From assembly GCA_963662275.1 (NCBI GenBank), contig OY759316.1, positions 3,200,001 through 3,264,000 on the forward strand: a stretch of 64,000 nucleotides of DNA. The letters run 5' to 3'. The translations under genes and the position numbers were made by a program. The notes under the pieces were generated by a model that saw only the letters and a list, made by a program, of their open reading frames with translations, was not told the origin of the DNA and did not search any database. Positions 49,962 through 60,938 of this stretch are shown in pieces. This DNA is from Candidatus Cloacimonadales bacterium (GTDB lineage Bacteria; Cloacimonadota; Cloacimonadia; Cloacimonadales; DAONDQ01). Positions within the stretch are counted from its first letter, which is position 1; each line of letters opens with the position of its first letter.

Positions 49962-50241
49962 CTGTCTGATTTCCCTCCCTTTGGATAAAGGGAGGAATGG
50001 TCTGTCAACTGGCATGTTGTCCCATTTCCCTCCCTTTGGATAAAGGGAGGGATTAAGGGAGAGTTTGATTCTCTTCTCTTCTCTATATTCATATTACAAC
50101 GTTGAACTCCGCACTCTCAAATAGCTTTTTCAAACTCTCCGACCTGTACTTCGACTCCGCTCAGTAACCGCTACTCCCTATCCAAAGGGAGGAATTAATT
50201 TCAAAGATAGACCCCCCTACCCCCCTTCCCAAGGGGGGATT
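49962..50241. repeat. Cluster of family A hairpins and other repeat fragments
   Basis: CCTCCCTTTGGATAAAGGGAGG twice, TCCCTATCCAAAGGGAGG, CCCCCTTCCCAAGGGGGG. Confidence 0.8.
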
Positions 50242-50244
50242 TCC

Positions 50245-50356
50245 CTGTACCCTGTCCGCTGTACGCTGTACCCTGTCCGCTATTCCCTACTCCCTGTCCG
50301 CTGTACGCTGTACCCTGTCCGCTATTCCCTATTCCCTATTCCCTACTCCCTACTCC
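50245..50356. repeat. Heptamer tandem array of 16 units (CTGTACC/CTGTCCG/CTATTCC/CTACTCC)
   Basis: Continuous 7-bp period running into the buk stop codon. Confidence 0.85.
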
Positions 50357-51437
50357 CTTCAGCAAAGTATTCTCCAGCAGATTCAAATCCTTTAAGGACA
50401 CGAACTGCACCTTGACTGAGAGCTTCCATTTCCTTCTCACCAGGATAAATATGCAGTTTTGCAATAAAACCAACCCGCTCTTCTATTTGTCTCACTAACT
50501 TTTTATTATAAACAAGACCACCAGACATGAAGATAGCATCCACTTTTCCTTTCAGTACAGCAGCACTGGCTCCAATCTCCTTGGAAACCTGGTAACAAAG
50601 AGCATCTTGGATGAAATCAGCATACTGATCACCTTTTTCGATACGCTCCTGGACTTCCAATCCGCTATCGGTTCCAAGGTAGGACATATAGCCACCTTCT
50701 TTTGTCAATAATGTACACATTTGTTTGTATGAATACTTCCCAGAATATGCCATTTCAAGCAAATCACCAATTGGAAGAGCTCCTGCACGCTGAGGAGAGA
50801 ATGGTCCCATTCCCAGAAGTGCGTTATTCACATCGACTACCCGCCCATGTTTTATGGCAGCAACAGATATTCCGCCACCCATGTGCACACCGATCATATT
50901 AATCTGATCAAAATCCTTACGAAGTTCATGAGCTAATAGACGTGCAATGTAGCGAATGTTGAGAGCATGAAGCAGTGATTTTCTTTCGATTTCCTTGATA
51001 CCGGAAATACGGGCAATATCCTCAAACTCATCTACGACAACAGGATCAACAATGTACCCAGGAATGTGATATTCTTCAGCAATTGCCTTCGCAATGAAAG
51101 CCCCAAGATTCGATGCATGAATGCGTCCCCACATCGAAGGGTCTTTGAGGTCTGTCAACATCTGTTCATTGATTACGAATGTACCACCATGTACAGGACG
51201 AACCAGACCGCCACGACCTACAACTGCTTCCAGGGTTTCGGGAGGCACATTATTCTCTTTCATCGCCTGCAATACCAATCCCTTTCGGAAATCATACTGC
51301 TCAATAATCCCTCCAAAAGGTTCAAGTTCAGAAGGTTCATGGCGTAAGGTAACAGTAAAAACAGGAGTCATGTCATCATATACGGCAATCTTCGTAGATG
51401 TAGAACCGGGGTTGATCGCAAGAACACGATACTTCAT
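50343..51437 (-). CDS. buk: Butyrate kinase
   Basis: INPGSTSTK, GRGG, HASNLG, DPVVVDE, HALN, HMGGGIS, PGEKEM. Confidence 0.96.
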   Translation of the reverse strand: MKYRVLAINPGSTSTKIAVYDDMTPVFTVTLRHEPSELEPFGGIIEQYDFRKGLVLQAMKENNVPPETLEAVVGRGGLVRPVHGGTFVINEQMLTDLKDPSMWGRIHASNLGAFIAKAIAEEYHIPGYIVDPVVVDEFEDIARISGIKEIERKSLLHALNIRYIARLLAHELRKDFDQINMIGVHMGGGISVAAIKHGRVVDVNNALLGMGPFSPQRAGALPIGDLLEMAYSGKYSYKQMCTLLTKEGGYMSYLGTDSGLEVQERIEKGDQYADFIQDALCYQVSKEIGASAAVLKGKVDAIFMSGGLVYNKKLVRQIEERVGFIAKLHIYPGEKEMEALSQGAVRVLKGFESAGEYFAEGSRE

Positions 51438-51944
51438 TCCATCCTCCATAGATTTTTTTCTGCCAACCTTTAAGAAAAATTATAATGGGTCAATGAAATT
51501 TATGGGAATTACTGTAATTGATAATGTGATCGGATAAAATTAAACTCTACTCTCATTCTTTTATTATGCTCAATCACTGCTTGATTAGTGATTTCTTCGT
51601 AATGACGTAAATCAATTTCTCAAAAAAGATTTATCTTCCTATGCCATAGAGTTTCATTATTCAGCATCAACAAGTTTAGATTCTATGATTTGTATCACAT
51701 TCTTCAACATCAATTCTGCTGTATTTTTATTCAGATCATAACATTGAACAGAAGTCCATGCCTGAACTCTCTGTCATGCAGAAAGTTTCAGCTTCAAGGT
51801 ACAAGTGCCAGTGTAAAGCAGAATCAATTTTTTCCCAAAGCTTCAGCTTGAAATTTCATGGAAACACCCTCCTCGGGTAGAAGGTTAATTAAATCATTTG
51901 ACATTGTTGTTAGTTCAAATATACGTTTCTTTAAGAGGTGAAAT

Positions 51945-53045
51945 ATGAAAAAGCGCATCCTTGTAGCCACGGGTGGTGGAGATTGCCCTGGATTAAATGC
52001 AGTCATCCGTGGAATCGTAAAAAGAGCAGATCTGGATAATGAAAAATGGGAAGTTCTAGGTAGCATTGACGCATTTAACGGTGTTCTTATCGAACCGATG
52101 AATCTGATGGTATTGGATAGTAAAGCTGTAGCCGGAATCCATGTGATGGGTGGAACGATCATTGGGACAACGAATAAAGGCGGTCCTTTTGCCTGGCCTA
52201 TCAAGAATACAGATGGAACTTGGTCAACCGTGGATAGATCGGATGAGTTGATCAGGCTTCTTCAGATACAAAATATTGATGCTGTAATTAATATCGGTGG
52301 TGATGGTTCACAGCGTATCTCGCAGGGATTGTACGAAAAAGGGTGTCCCATTATCGGTGTTCCTAAAACCATAGATAATGACCTATGCGACACAGATTTT
52401 ACTTTTGGTTTCCAGACGGCGGTAGATATTGCCACAGATGCTGTTGATAAGCTTGTAACCACCGCTGCCAGTCATCATCGTATTTTGATCTTGGAAGTTA
52501 TGGGACGATATGCAGGTTGGATTGCTCTTCATGCTTCGATTGCAGGTGGTGCAGAAGTTTGCCTGATACCGGAAATTCCTTATGATATAGATAAAATTAT
52601 CGCATCCCTGCATCATCGGTTATCACATGGTAAGGGATTTGCCAATATTGTGATTGCTGAAGGTGCGCACTCTATCGACAAAGGAATGTCATTCCATGGA
52701 GATAAAGAAGTTGGTGCTACTGAGAAAAAATTGGAAGGGGCTGCACTCAGATTATCTTCTGAATTAAAAAAAGCCGGCTTGGATCTTGACATCAGGGAAA
52801 CCATTCTCGGTCATCTGCAGCGTGGAGGACGTCCAAACGCCTTTGATCGGATTCTTGCCACTCAATTCGGAGTGAAAGCTTTTGAAATGGTGAAAGCGCA
52901 ACAATGGGGACAAATGGTTTCCTATCATCATCCGGATATCGTTTCCGTACCAATCAAGAAAGCGATATCAGAATATCACCTGGTAGATATCAATTCAGAT
53001 TTAATTAAAACAGCTCGAGGTATAGGAATAAATTTAGGAGATTAA
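51945..53045 (+). CDS. pfkA: 6-phosphofructokinase (GGDG/PKTIDND type)
   Basis: TGGGDCPGLN, GGDGS, PKTIDND, EVMGR, LGHLQRGG. Confidence 0.93.
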   Translation: MKKRILVATGGGDCPGLNAVIRGIVKRADLDNEKWEVLGSIDAFNGVLIEPMNLMVLDSKAVAGIHVMGGTIIGTTNKGGPFAWPIKNTDGTWSTVDRSDELIRLLQIQNIDAVINIGGDGSQRISQGLYEKGCPIIGVPKTIDNDLCDTDFTFGFQTAVDIATDAVDKLVTTAASHHRILILEVMGRYAGWIALHASIAGGAEVCLIPEIPYDIDKIIASLHHRLSHGKGFANIVIAEGAHSIDKGMSFHGDKEVGATEKKLEGAALRLSSELKKAGLDLDIRETILGHLQRGGRPNAFDRILATQFGVKAFEMVKAQQWGQMVSYHHPDIVSVPIKKAISEYHLVDINSDLIKTARGIGINLGD

Positions 53046-53048
53046 GAA

Positions 53049-54938
53049 ATGGAAAAACTCACACAAGAACAATTAATAACCATAGCAAACCAGGCAAAAC
53101 TGGCACGCAGCCATATATTAAAAATGACTACTCTCGCCAATTCAGGTCATCTCGGTGGTTCCTTGTCAACAATCGATATGATGATGACTTTGTATCATAT
53201 GATTAAAGTGGATCCAAAGAATCCGGATTGGGATAGGAGAGATCGGGTGATCATCAGTAATGGACACATTTCCCCAGCGGTTTATTCGACTTTGGGACAA
53301 CTGGGTTTCTTCCCTATTGATGATGCCGTCACTCATTTCCGCCAAGCTGGCAGTATTTATGAAGGACATGTTGAAAGAGACGTTCCCGGAGTCGAATGGG
53401 GTACCGGAAACCTGGGGCAGGGTCTTTCTGCTGCAGTTGGGATGGCTCTGGCATGCAGAATGCACAATATCGATAATCATTTTTATGTATTCATGGGAGA
53501 TGGTGAACAACAGAAAGGACAAATCAGTGAAGCGCGACGTTTTGCTTTTAAATATGGTTTGAAGAATATCACAGTCTTGATTGATTACAATCAGTTACAG
53601 ATCAGCGGCAATATACATCGTGTGATGCCACAAAACATCATTGAGAATTTTGTTTCCGATGGTTGGGATTTCATCGAAGTACAAGGACATGATATCGGTC
53701 AAATTGGTAATGCGCTTCTGAAAACACAACACAGCAATGCCCCCACATTGATTTTAGGTCATACAATTATGGGGAAAGGTGTTCCCTTCATCGAGAACCA
53801 GGAAAAGTATCATGGATCCCCACTGACAGAGGCGCAATTAGCAGAAGCTCTACAAATACTGGGGTTTGAAAATGATCTTCCCCGTTTTAAAGAGAAAAGA
53901 AATTCTGCAACATTGCACTGTTTTCACAGGGAATTTGGGTTCAAACCTGAAATCAAGATAGGTTCAAAACACATCTATGATAAAGCAACGGATAATCGTT
54001 CCGCATGGGGAACGGCAATTGCTGAACTTGCAGTTTTGAATATTGATTCAAAAACGCCAATTGCTGTTTTTGACTGTGATCTCCAGGCAAGCGTAAAAAC
54101 TGGAGATTTTGAGAAAGCAACACCCAAAGCATTTTTCCAGGGTGGCATTATGGAGCACAATACAGCAGTCATGGCAGGTGCTATGTCAACAGTCGGAGTC
54201 CAAGCTTTTTGGGCTGAATTCGGTGTATTCGGAATAGATGAAGTCTATAATATGCAACGATTGAATGATATCAATAAAGCAAATATCAAACTAATAACCA
54301 CGCATGTCGGAATAGATGTCGGTGAAGATGGTAAAACGCACCAGTGTATCGATTATGTGGGTTTAATGCATAATCTATATCACTTCAAGGTAATCGTTCC
54401 AGCAGACCCGAATCAGACCGATCAGGCAGTCAGATGGGCTGCTTCCATATATGGAAACGTGCTCATTGCGATGGGACGTTCCAAACTAGATATTATTCGG
54501 AAAATGGATGGTTCAATATACTATGATGCAAATCATGAATTCGTATATGGAAAGGCAGACCAGCTTCGTGAAGGCAAGAAAGCAGCATTATTTGTTACTG
54601 GCACTCCGGCACCGAGAGCTGTAAAAGTAATCGATCTGCTTGCCTCAGAAGGTATCGATATCCAATTATGGAATATGGCAACACCATTGTCTATGGACGA
54701 TATTGCACTACAAAAAGCTGCAAAAACGGGATTAATCTTTACTTATGAAGATCATAATTCCCAAACTGGAATGGGTGCTATCATAACTAATAGACTGAAT
54801 GAATTGAACTTATTCGTACCGGTCATTAAGTTTGGCGTTGAAGATTATGCCTGTTCAGGTGCATCTGATGATGTATTCAAGCTATGTAAATTAGATGAAG
54901 ATTCGATATACAGAAGAATAAAGAAACATCTTTCCTAA
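53049..54938 (+). CDS. tkt: Transketolase
   Basis: SGHLGGSLS, SNGH, TPP motif GDGE...N, GIMEHN, GEDGKTHQ. Confidence 0.93.
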   Translation: MEKLTQEQLITIANQAKLARSHILKMTTLANSGHLGGSLSTIDMMMTLYHMIKVDPKNPDWDRRDRVIISNGHISPAVYSTLGQLGFFPIDDAVTHFRQAGSIYEGHVERDVPGVEWGTGNLGQGLSAAVGMALACRMHNIDNHFYVFMGDGEQQKGQISEARRFAFKYGLKNITVLIDYNQLQISGNIHRVMPQNIIENFVSDGWDFIEVQGHDIGQIGNALLKTQHSNAPTLILGHTIMGKGVPFIENQEKYHGSPLTEAQLAEALQILGFENDLPRFKEKRNSATLHCFHREFGFKPEIKIGSKHIYDKATDNRSAWGTAIAELAVLNIDSKTPIAVFDCDLQASVKTGDFEKATPKAFFQGGIMEHNTAVMAGAMSTVGVQAFWAEFGVFGIDEVYNMQRLNDINKANIKLITTHVGIDVGEDGKTHQCIDYVGLMHNLYHFKVIVPADPNQTDQAVRWAASIYGNVLIAMGRSKLDIIRKMDGSIYYDANHEFVYGKADQLREGKKAALFVTGTPAPRAVKVIDLLASEGIDIQLWNMATPLSMDDIALQKAAKTGLIFTYEDHNSQTGMGAIITNRLNELNLFVPVIKFGVEDYACSGASDDVFKLCKLDEDSIYRRIKKHLS

Positions 54939-55041
54939 ATTGAGAAAAGCAAGTTTCTTTAGGACTAAGATAAGCGAGGATTTACGCTATATGCTGAATA
55001 TTTTTCAGATCACTGACTAGAAAGTTTGAAAATAGAATAGC

Positions 55042-55078
55042 ATAAAAAAAGGGGGACTTAAAGTCCCCCTTTTTCATA
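55042..55078. terminator. Bidirectional intrinsic terminator between convergent genes
   Basis: AAAAAAAGGGGGACTT-A-AAGTCCCCCTTTTT. Confidence 0.9.
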
Positions 55079-55087
55079 TAGCATTAC

Positions 55088-57460
55088 TTATTTAGCTCCG
55101 TAAACATCCGTAAAGATCTGACTGAACATGCTTTTCATGTCATCAGTTTTCATGTATGATAAAGGAAATGTAAATAAGTAGCATTTATTGTAACTGTTCT
55201 GTGTCGTATACTTTAATGCCACAGGTTTTGTTGTATATAAGTCATAATCTGCCTGTGTAGGTGAGTAATTATCCTGTCCCGGAGTTTTTGACCCATATTT
55301 GTAAAGGCTAACTGCTCCAGGAGCAATCTGATTGATATATGAAACAGCCCCCAAACCGTGTCTATTGGAAATTATCGCATAGAAAGGAGTCGTCAATTCA
55401 AGATTTACATCCGGATACTGACTAACAAGAGAAACTCCTTTAATAAACCATGGTTTCGCTGTATAACTACTCCCTGGAATACTTAAAATAGCAGAAGTAA
55501 CATCACCAACTCCAAAATATTCTGTCAGAAGATTCACTTGATTATTATCTGTTTCTTTCTTTACAAATAAATCGCTAAGCGCTGTGAGATTACTGCATCC
55601 GGAAATAACCATATTCCCGCCACTATTCAGATACAGAGATAAAGCATCGTATTCTTTCACCAAATTAGCAGTATTGGTGCCAGCACCAGCGTCAGCATGA
55701 TAGATAATCAATTTGTATTTTTGCAGATCAGAATATGAAACTTTACGTAAACGAATGTCCGTATTAGTAACACTCAAGCTTTGATAATCAATTTGCGCAC
55801 CAGTAGCTCCATGTTGTGCAAGAGCATCCGAAATAAAGGACGTATAAAGTGAATCTGTTTTTACATCAGGTGTATAGGCTTGGTTTGCGTCATCGTCCCA
55901 TACCAGGACATCCTTACGCTGTTCTTTTGGTAATGGATCGGCAAGATAAAAACTAAATACTGCAGGTGTTGGATCAGTGATGTCCTGTAAGTCTCTCGCT
56001 CGTACTTCAAAAGTGTGCAATCCGGGACTCAAATTCGTTAACACGATACTCTGTGCTATTGGATCGGTAAGATTTAATCTCAACCATCTTGTAGTACCGT
56101 CAGGATCAGTAAAAATATGACTAGCCAGAGGTGGGAAGTTATATGGCTGTCCATCAAGACGAATATCAAAACCTGTAACTTCGCTGTAATAATTAATATC
56201 TGTTGAAGAATCAAGAAGGGTGTCTAATTTTCTATCAAAAGGATAATCAGTAATTGTAATTAATCCTGTCCCAGAAATTTTCCCATATTCTCCATGCCAA
56301 CCCCAGCGGAGCGTAACTTTTAGATTTGGACTATAAACAGCAGCATATCTTCCCTCTTTATCTTTAAAGAAAGGAGTTGCATAATGAGCAATACTGCCTG
56401 AAAAGGTTAAAGGCCAAACTTCCGGTATAGCTGCATTAACATAGTTGTAATCTAAATAATGATTATCTCCAACAGCATAAACTCTCTCCATATAAAACAT
56501 AGTTTGAGGATTGTAACCGTCTTTAACGGCAAACCTAAGTATGCCCAATTCTGATTTAATACCTGCAAGATCATAGGCACGTGCTTTAATGATTGTTTTG
56601 GTTTTCTGGACTTCACCCTCAAAATCAGCATGCAGCGCAGGGTTTGTAAGCTTTGTCAGTAAATATTCATTGTTTTTGGCTAATCCTGCTGTACTAATCC
56701 AGTTTGGAGTTCTTAAAGTTACCTCATTCGTAGTCAAATTTGAATCATATATAGCAAATTCATAATGCGTAGCAATAGAGGTCAGGAAGGGATCAGAATC
56801 AATAATACCAAAGCTCAGTTTCAAACCGGAACCAACAGGACCACCATTCGGGTTACCCTTTGTTGTTGTTAACGTAACTTGTGGAGTCCTGGAAGTAGCA
56901 TGGAAATAGCGAATAACTTTATTACTGATTGTGTTCCGATTATCAATACAGATAATTTCAAACTGACTGATTTTAGGAAGAGAATCTCCATTGGCATTAG
57001 CCGCAGGAAAATTGATTGTAGCATATTTTTGTAGAGTCCAGATACTCTTTTTAGCATTCGGACTGTCTAATGGTATGGATTGATCAGCACCTGGCTTATA
57101 ATGCAATGCCCACCCGTATTTGTTTGGTGAAATAGCTTTCACTTCACTAGGTGTAAACTCTCCGGTTGCGTCAATTGTTGTATAGCCTGGCGTTGGTATA
57201 GGATCTCCATTTTTATCCAAGACACGGAAAGCAAATCCTTTTATCGAACCGTCAACGTCAGTCGCATTCCAATAGATTTTGGCTTGGAATGATTGAAGAG
57301 GGAGATTTGTAGAATCCGCAGCTCCCTCATATGAAGTAATCTGGATGGTGGGAGCAACATTTGCTTTCAATTTACCTTTGTCACAGCCTGTAATCAGCAT
57401 CATAGACATGAGCAAAAGAAAAATTGCTATAATCGACGTACTCTGGATAACTTTCCGCAT
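55088..57460 (-). CDS. Large lipoprotein of unknown function with Ig/FN3-like modules
   Basis: Lipobox ITGC; Ig-like PGLHTFEVRARD..DPTPA motif; GGAGG RBS before ATG 57460. Confidence 0.75.
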   Translation of the reverse strand: MRKVIQSTSIIAIFLLLMSMMLITGCDKGKLKANVAPTIQITSYEGAADSTNLPLQSFQAKIYWNATDVDGSIKGFAFRVLDKNGDPIPTPGYTTIDATGEFTPSEVKAISPNKYGWALHYKPGADQSIPLDSPNAKKSIWTLQKYATINFPAANANGDSLPKISQFEIICIDNRNTISNKVIRYFHATSRTPQVTLTTTKGNPNGGPVGSGLKLSFGIIDSDPFLTSIATHYEFAIYDSNLTTNEVTLRTPNWISTAGLAKNNEYLLTKLTNPALHADFEGEVQKTKTIIKARAYDLAGIKSELGILRFAVKDGYNPQTMFYMERVYAVGDNHYLDYNYVNAAIPEVWPLTFSGSIAHYATPFFKDKEGRYAAVYSPNLKVTLRWGWHGEYGKISGTGLITITDYPFDRKLDTLLDSSTDINYYSEVTGFDIRLDGQPYNFPPLASHIFTDPDGTTRWLRLNLTDPIAQSIVLTNLSPGLHTFEVRARDLQDITDPTPAVFSFYLADPLPKEQRKDVLVWDDDANQAYTPDVKTDSLYTSFISDALAQHGATGAQIDYQSLSVTNTDIRLRKVSYSDLQKYKLIIYHADAGAGTNTANLVKEYDALSLYLNSGGNMVISGCSNLTALSDLFVKKETDNNQVNLLTEYFGVGDVTSAILSIPGSSYTAKPWFIKGVSLVSQYPDVNLELTTPFYAIISNRHGLGAVSYINQIAPGAVSLYKYGSKTPGQDNYSPTQADYDLYTTKPVALKYTTQNSYNKCYLFTFPLSYMKTDDMKSMFSQIFTDVYGAK

Positions 57461-57539
57461 ACTATCCTCCAATATCTTATCTATCTGTTAAATGCAATTT
57501 TTGAACTTTATTTCCATTTAATTTAATTCAGTCAATAAA

Positions 57540-58412
57540 TTATTTAGCTTTTTCTTGGGAATCTTTCGCCTGGAGCGTATTTTTAAGCAACCGGTATGTT
57601 GTAACACTACCCACTCCCCCTGGAACAGGAGAGATTGCTTGAGCAGTATCCAGACAATCATGATAATCTACATCGCCCACATAAGAGGCATTAGAATCAG
57701 CATCGATCACTTCATTTATACCTACATCCAGGACAATAGCTCCTTGTTTCAGCATATTGTGTGTGACATATTTTGGTTTACCAATGGCAACAATTAAGAT
57801 ATCTGCCTGACAAGTGATTTCTTGCATATTCGGAGTTTGGCTATGGCAAACAGAAACTGTTGCATTTCCCAATTTTGCTTTTTGAAGCAGCAAATTCGCC
57901 AAAGGCTTTCCCACGATACAACTCCTTCCGATGATTACTACATGCTTTCCTTTCGGATCGATTTTGTAGTAATCCATCATTTCCAGAACGGCTGCAGGTG
58001 TGCAAGGAATAAGTCCATCATTTTCCAGAATGATATTGCCTAGATTGAAAGGATGAAGACCATCAACATCTTTGGACGGGTCAATAGCTAAAACGATTTG
58101 CTCTTCATCTATCAATGCGGGTAAAGGCTTTTGCAGCATAATACCGTTTATCTGTGAATCCTGGTTGAGTTGATAAACAAGCTGTTTCAATTCAGCTTGA
58201 GAAGTGTCTATGGGAAGACGATGCACATTGATAATGATACCAACTTTTGCTCCCTGTTTTTCAACATTTTGCACATAGAAGCGGGAAGCTGGTTCGTCAC
58301 CTAAAACGATTATATCTAATCGGGGTTTTACTAGTAAATGCTCGATTTCTGTGGCTAGTGCAGCATATTTTTCCTTGAGAAGTGGCTTTGCACTTAAAAT
58401 GATTGTATTCAC
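57540..58412 (-). CDS. folD: Methylenetetrahydrofolate dehydrogenase/cyclohydrolase
   Basis: KDVDGLHP, PCTP, GRS.IVGKP, DVGIN, PVPGGVG. Confidence 0.96.
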   Translation of the reverse strand: MNTIILSAKPLLKEKYAALATEIEHLLVKPRLDIIVLGDEPASRFYVQNVEKQGAKVGIIINVHRLPIDTSQAELKQLVYQLNQDSQINGIMLQKPLPALIDEEQIVLAIDPSKDVDGLHPFNLGNIILENDGLIPCTPAAVLEMMDYYKIDPKGKHVVIIGRSCIVGKPLANLLLQKAKLGNATVSVCHSQTPNMQEITCQADILIVAIGKPKYVTHNMLKQGAIVLDVGINEVIDADSNASYVGDVDYHDCLDTAQAISPVPGGVGSVTTYRLLKNTLQAKDSQEKAK

Positions 58413-59188
58413 ACTTTATTTCTCACTCGTTTGATGCATGTTGCCAATCCTGTATCTGCATTGATTTCGATGATTACACCGTTAACTTGGTTTCCACTAT
58501 CTGCAACTTCATATCTTAACGGCATTCCAGTAGTCATTTTAGCAATAATGATTTCTTTTTTAATACCAATGACTGAATCATGAGGTCCAGTCATACCTGC
58601 ATCAGTAAGATATGCAGTTCCGTTAGGTAAGATTTCCTCGTCTGCTGTCTGAATATGAGTATGAGTACCTATCATGGCACTTATTCTGCCATCAAAATTC
58701 AAACCGAAAGCTCTTTTTTCAGCAGTGGATTCAGCGTGGAAATCGACGAAAATATTCCTAGTATGTTCATTTAAAATGGGTAAAAGCTCTTCCATAATAA
58801 AGTAAGGTGAAAGAGCAGTAGTCATAAAAGCCTGACCGACAAGAGATACAACAGCTAGTTTCTCACCGTTTGCACAGTTTGCCAGGATATATTGATATCC
58901 AATCGCACCTGAAGGATAATTCGCAGGTCTGATGATTCGTTTTTCATTCCGAATATATTCATGAGACTCCTGTTTATCCCACAAGTGGTTTCCGCTGGTA
59001 AGGACATCGATTCCTGCGGTGAAAAGCTCTTTTGCAGTACGTTCTGTGACACCACGTCCATCGGCAATGTTCTCACAATTTGCAATGCAGATATCAATCT
59101 CATTTTCCTTTCGAAGATAGGGAACATAATCCTGAGCGATTGCTCGCCCAGGTTTTCCAAATATATCACCTAAAAATAAGATTCGCAT
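58409..59188 (-). CDS. ymdB: YmdB-like metallophosphoesterase
   Basis: GDIFGKPGR, NCEN, SGNH, DFHAESTAEK, GTHTH; follows rny. Confidence 0.93.
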   Translation of the reverse strand: MRILFLGDIFGKPGRAIAQDYVPYLRKENEIDICIANCENIADGRGVTERTAKELFTAGIDVLTSGNHLWDKQESHEYIRNEKRIIRPANYPSGAIGYQYILANCANGEKLAVVSLVGQAFMTTALSPYFIMEELLPILNEHTRNIFVDFHAESTAEKRAFGLNFDGRISAMIGTHTHIQTADEEILPNGTAYLTDAGMTGPHDSVIGIKKEIIIAKMTTGMPLRYEVADSGNQVNGVIIEINADTGLATCIKRVRNKV

Positions 59189-60747
59189 TATTTCGCCACA
59201 GCAACTTGCCTTGTTTCTCGAATCACAGTTACCTTGATTTGACCTGGATATTGCATTTCCTTTTCAATCCGGGCAGCGATATCTGTAGCAATAAATACTG
59301 TCTGATTATCATCCACCGTACTCGGTTCAACCATGATGCGTAATTCACGACCAGCTTGAATCGCATAGGATTTATTAACGCCTTCAATTGAATTGGCGAT
59401 TTCTTCTAATTTAGCTAAACGAGTCATATAGGTTTCCAGCATTTCACGACGCGCTCCGGGTCTTGCCCCGGAAATAGCATCAGATGCCTGCGCAAGAGCA
59501 GCATAAATAGAAATGGGTTCCACTTCTTCATGATGTGCTTCAATAGCATTCACAATGATCTTACTTTCTCCATTTTTCCTGGCAATATTGGCACCGAGAG
59601 CAGCATGAGAACCATCAAATTCATGGTCAATAGCTTTCCCCAGGTCATGTAATAGACCGGCTCTTCTGGCAATTTCCTGATCCAGACCAAGTTCTACGGC
59701 AAGAATACCACATATCCAAGCAGTTTCGATTGAATGTTGAAGAACGTTCTGTCCATAACTGGTACGGTAATGGAGACGACCCAAAAGTTTGATTAGGTTT
59801 GGAGATATTGTATGAATATTGGTTTCCAGCAAAGCTTTTTCACCAATGCGGATAAGATTTTCATCCATTTCCTTACGCGTTTTTTCCAGTACTTCTTCAA
59901 TACGTCCGGGATGAATACGACCGTCAAGTATCAGTTTTTCTAAGCTCAGACGGGCAATCTCACGTCTGACTGGATCAAAACAGGATAGAACCACTGCTTC
60001 AGGAGTATCGTCAATAATCAAATCAACCCCGGAAGCTTTCTCAAAGGCACGGATATTCCTGCCTTCGCGACCGATAATTCTTCCCTTCATCTCATCAGTT
60101 GGAAGAGAGACTACTGATACAGTAGTTTCAGATACATGATCGACTGCCATCCTTTGAATCGCAGTGGAGAGTATTTCAGCAGCCTTGGTGGTAGCATCCA
60201 GTTTCAATTGTTCCAGCATTTGCCTGACATCCGCAGCAGCTTGGATCTTAGCAGCTCCCAGTAATTCTTCACGAAGAGTCTGTAATGCTTCTTCCCTGGA
60301 CATTCCGGCAATTTCAGATAATTTATCTCTTTGATTTGCAATGATCTGTTCCAATTCCTCTTTCTTAAATTGGACTTCATCTTCCTTGACTTTGAAATTC
60401 TTTTCGATATCCATAAGGTTGGATTCTTTCTTATCCAGTGATTCCATTCGCTTATCAAGACTCAAAGCACGCTCGTTATATCGTTTTTCCATAGCGCGTA
60501 ATTCTTTTTGTCTTTCTTTGATTTCTTCTTCGTAAGTATTCTTTTTGCGGTACCATTCGTCTTTTGCTTCTAGAATTGTTTGCTTTTTCTGATTCTCAGT
60601 TTCAATTTTAGTATCTTCGATTAGTTTGGTCGAAATTTGCTTGGCATGAGAAATCATATTTAAAGCACGATTTCTTTGCGTGAAATAGATGACGAGTGAA
60701 ATACAAAAACCGGCTATGATACCGATTATTATGTATATAATTGTCAT
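59188..60747 (-). CDS. rny: Ribonuclease Y
   Basis: N-terminal TM and coiled coil; KH motif KGRIIGREGRNIR; HD motif LLHDLGK. Confidence 0.97.
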   Translation of the reverse strand: MTIIYIIIGIIAGFCISLVIYFTQRNRALNMISHAKQISTKLIEDTKIETENQKKQTILEAKDEWYRKKNTYEEEIKERQKELRAMEKRYNERALSLDKRMESLDKKESNLMDIEKNFKVKEDEVQFKKEELEQIIANQRDKLSEIAGMSREEALQTLREELLGAAKIQAAADVRQMLEQLKLDATTKAAEILSTAIQRMAVDHVSETTVSVVSLPTDEMKGRIIGREGRNIRAFEKASGVDLIIDDTPEAVVLSCFDPVRREIARLSLEKLILDGRIHPGRIEEVLEKTRKEMDENLIRIGEKALLETNIHTISPNLIKLLGRLHYRTSYGQNVLQHSIETAWICGILAVELGLDQEIARRAGLLHDLGKAIDHEFDGSHAALGANIARKNGESKIIVNAIEAHHEEVEPISIYAALAQASDAISGARPGARREMLETYMTRLAKLEEIANSIEGVNKSYAIQAGRELRIMVEPSTVDDNQTVFIATDIAARIEKEMQYPGQIKVTVIRETRQVAVAK

Positions 60748-60769
60748 TGTTACCTCTTCATTTTATTAA

Positions 60770-60935
60770 CCCGCAGTACCGTGTATGCTTGTCACTGATG
60801 AACCTTTTTTTTAAAGTGGGCATCTACCTTATCAGCTTTACCAATCCGGCTCGAAACCGGCTTAAGTGCTACCGGAGGCTCGATTCCCTCATCAAGCGTG
60901 GTTCTTTTTACAAAACATATCACAAATACTGCAGG
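60770..60935 (-). ncRNA. ssrS: 6S RNA
   Basis: Typical zapA-6S-rny position. Ends pair (CCTGCAGTAT / GTACTGCGGG), with GAACC/GGTTC, a central bulge and a terminal CCGGTTTCGAGCCGG stem. Confidence 0.8.
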
Positions 60936-60938
60936 AGA

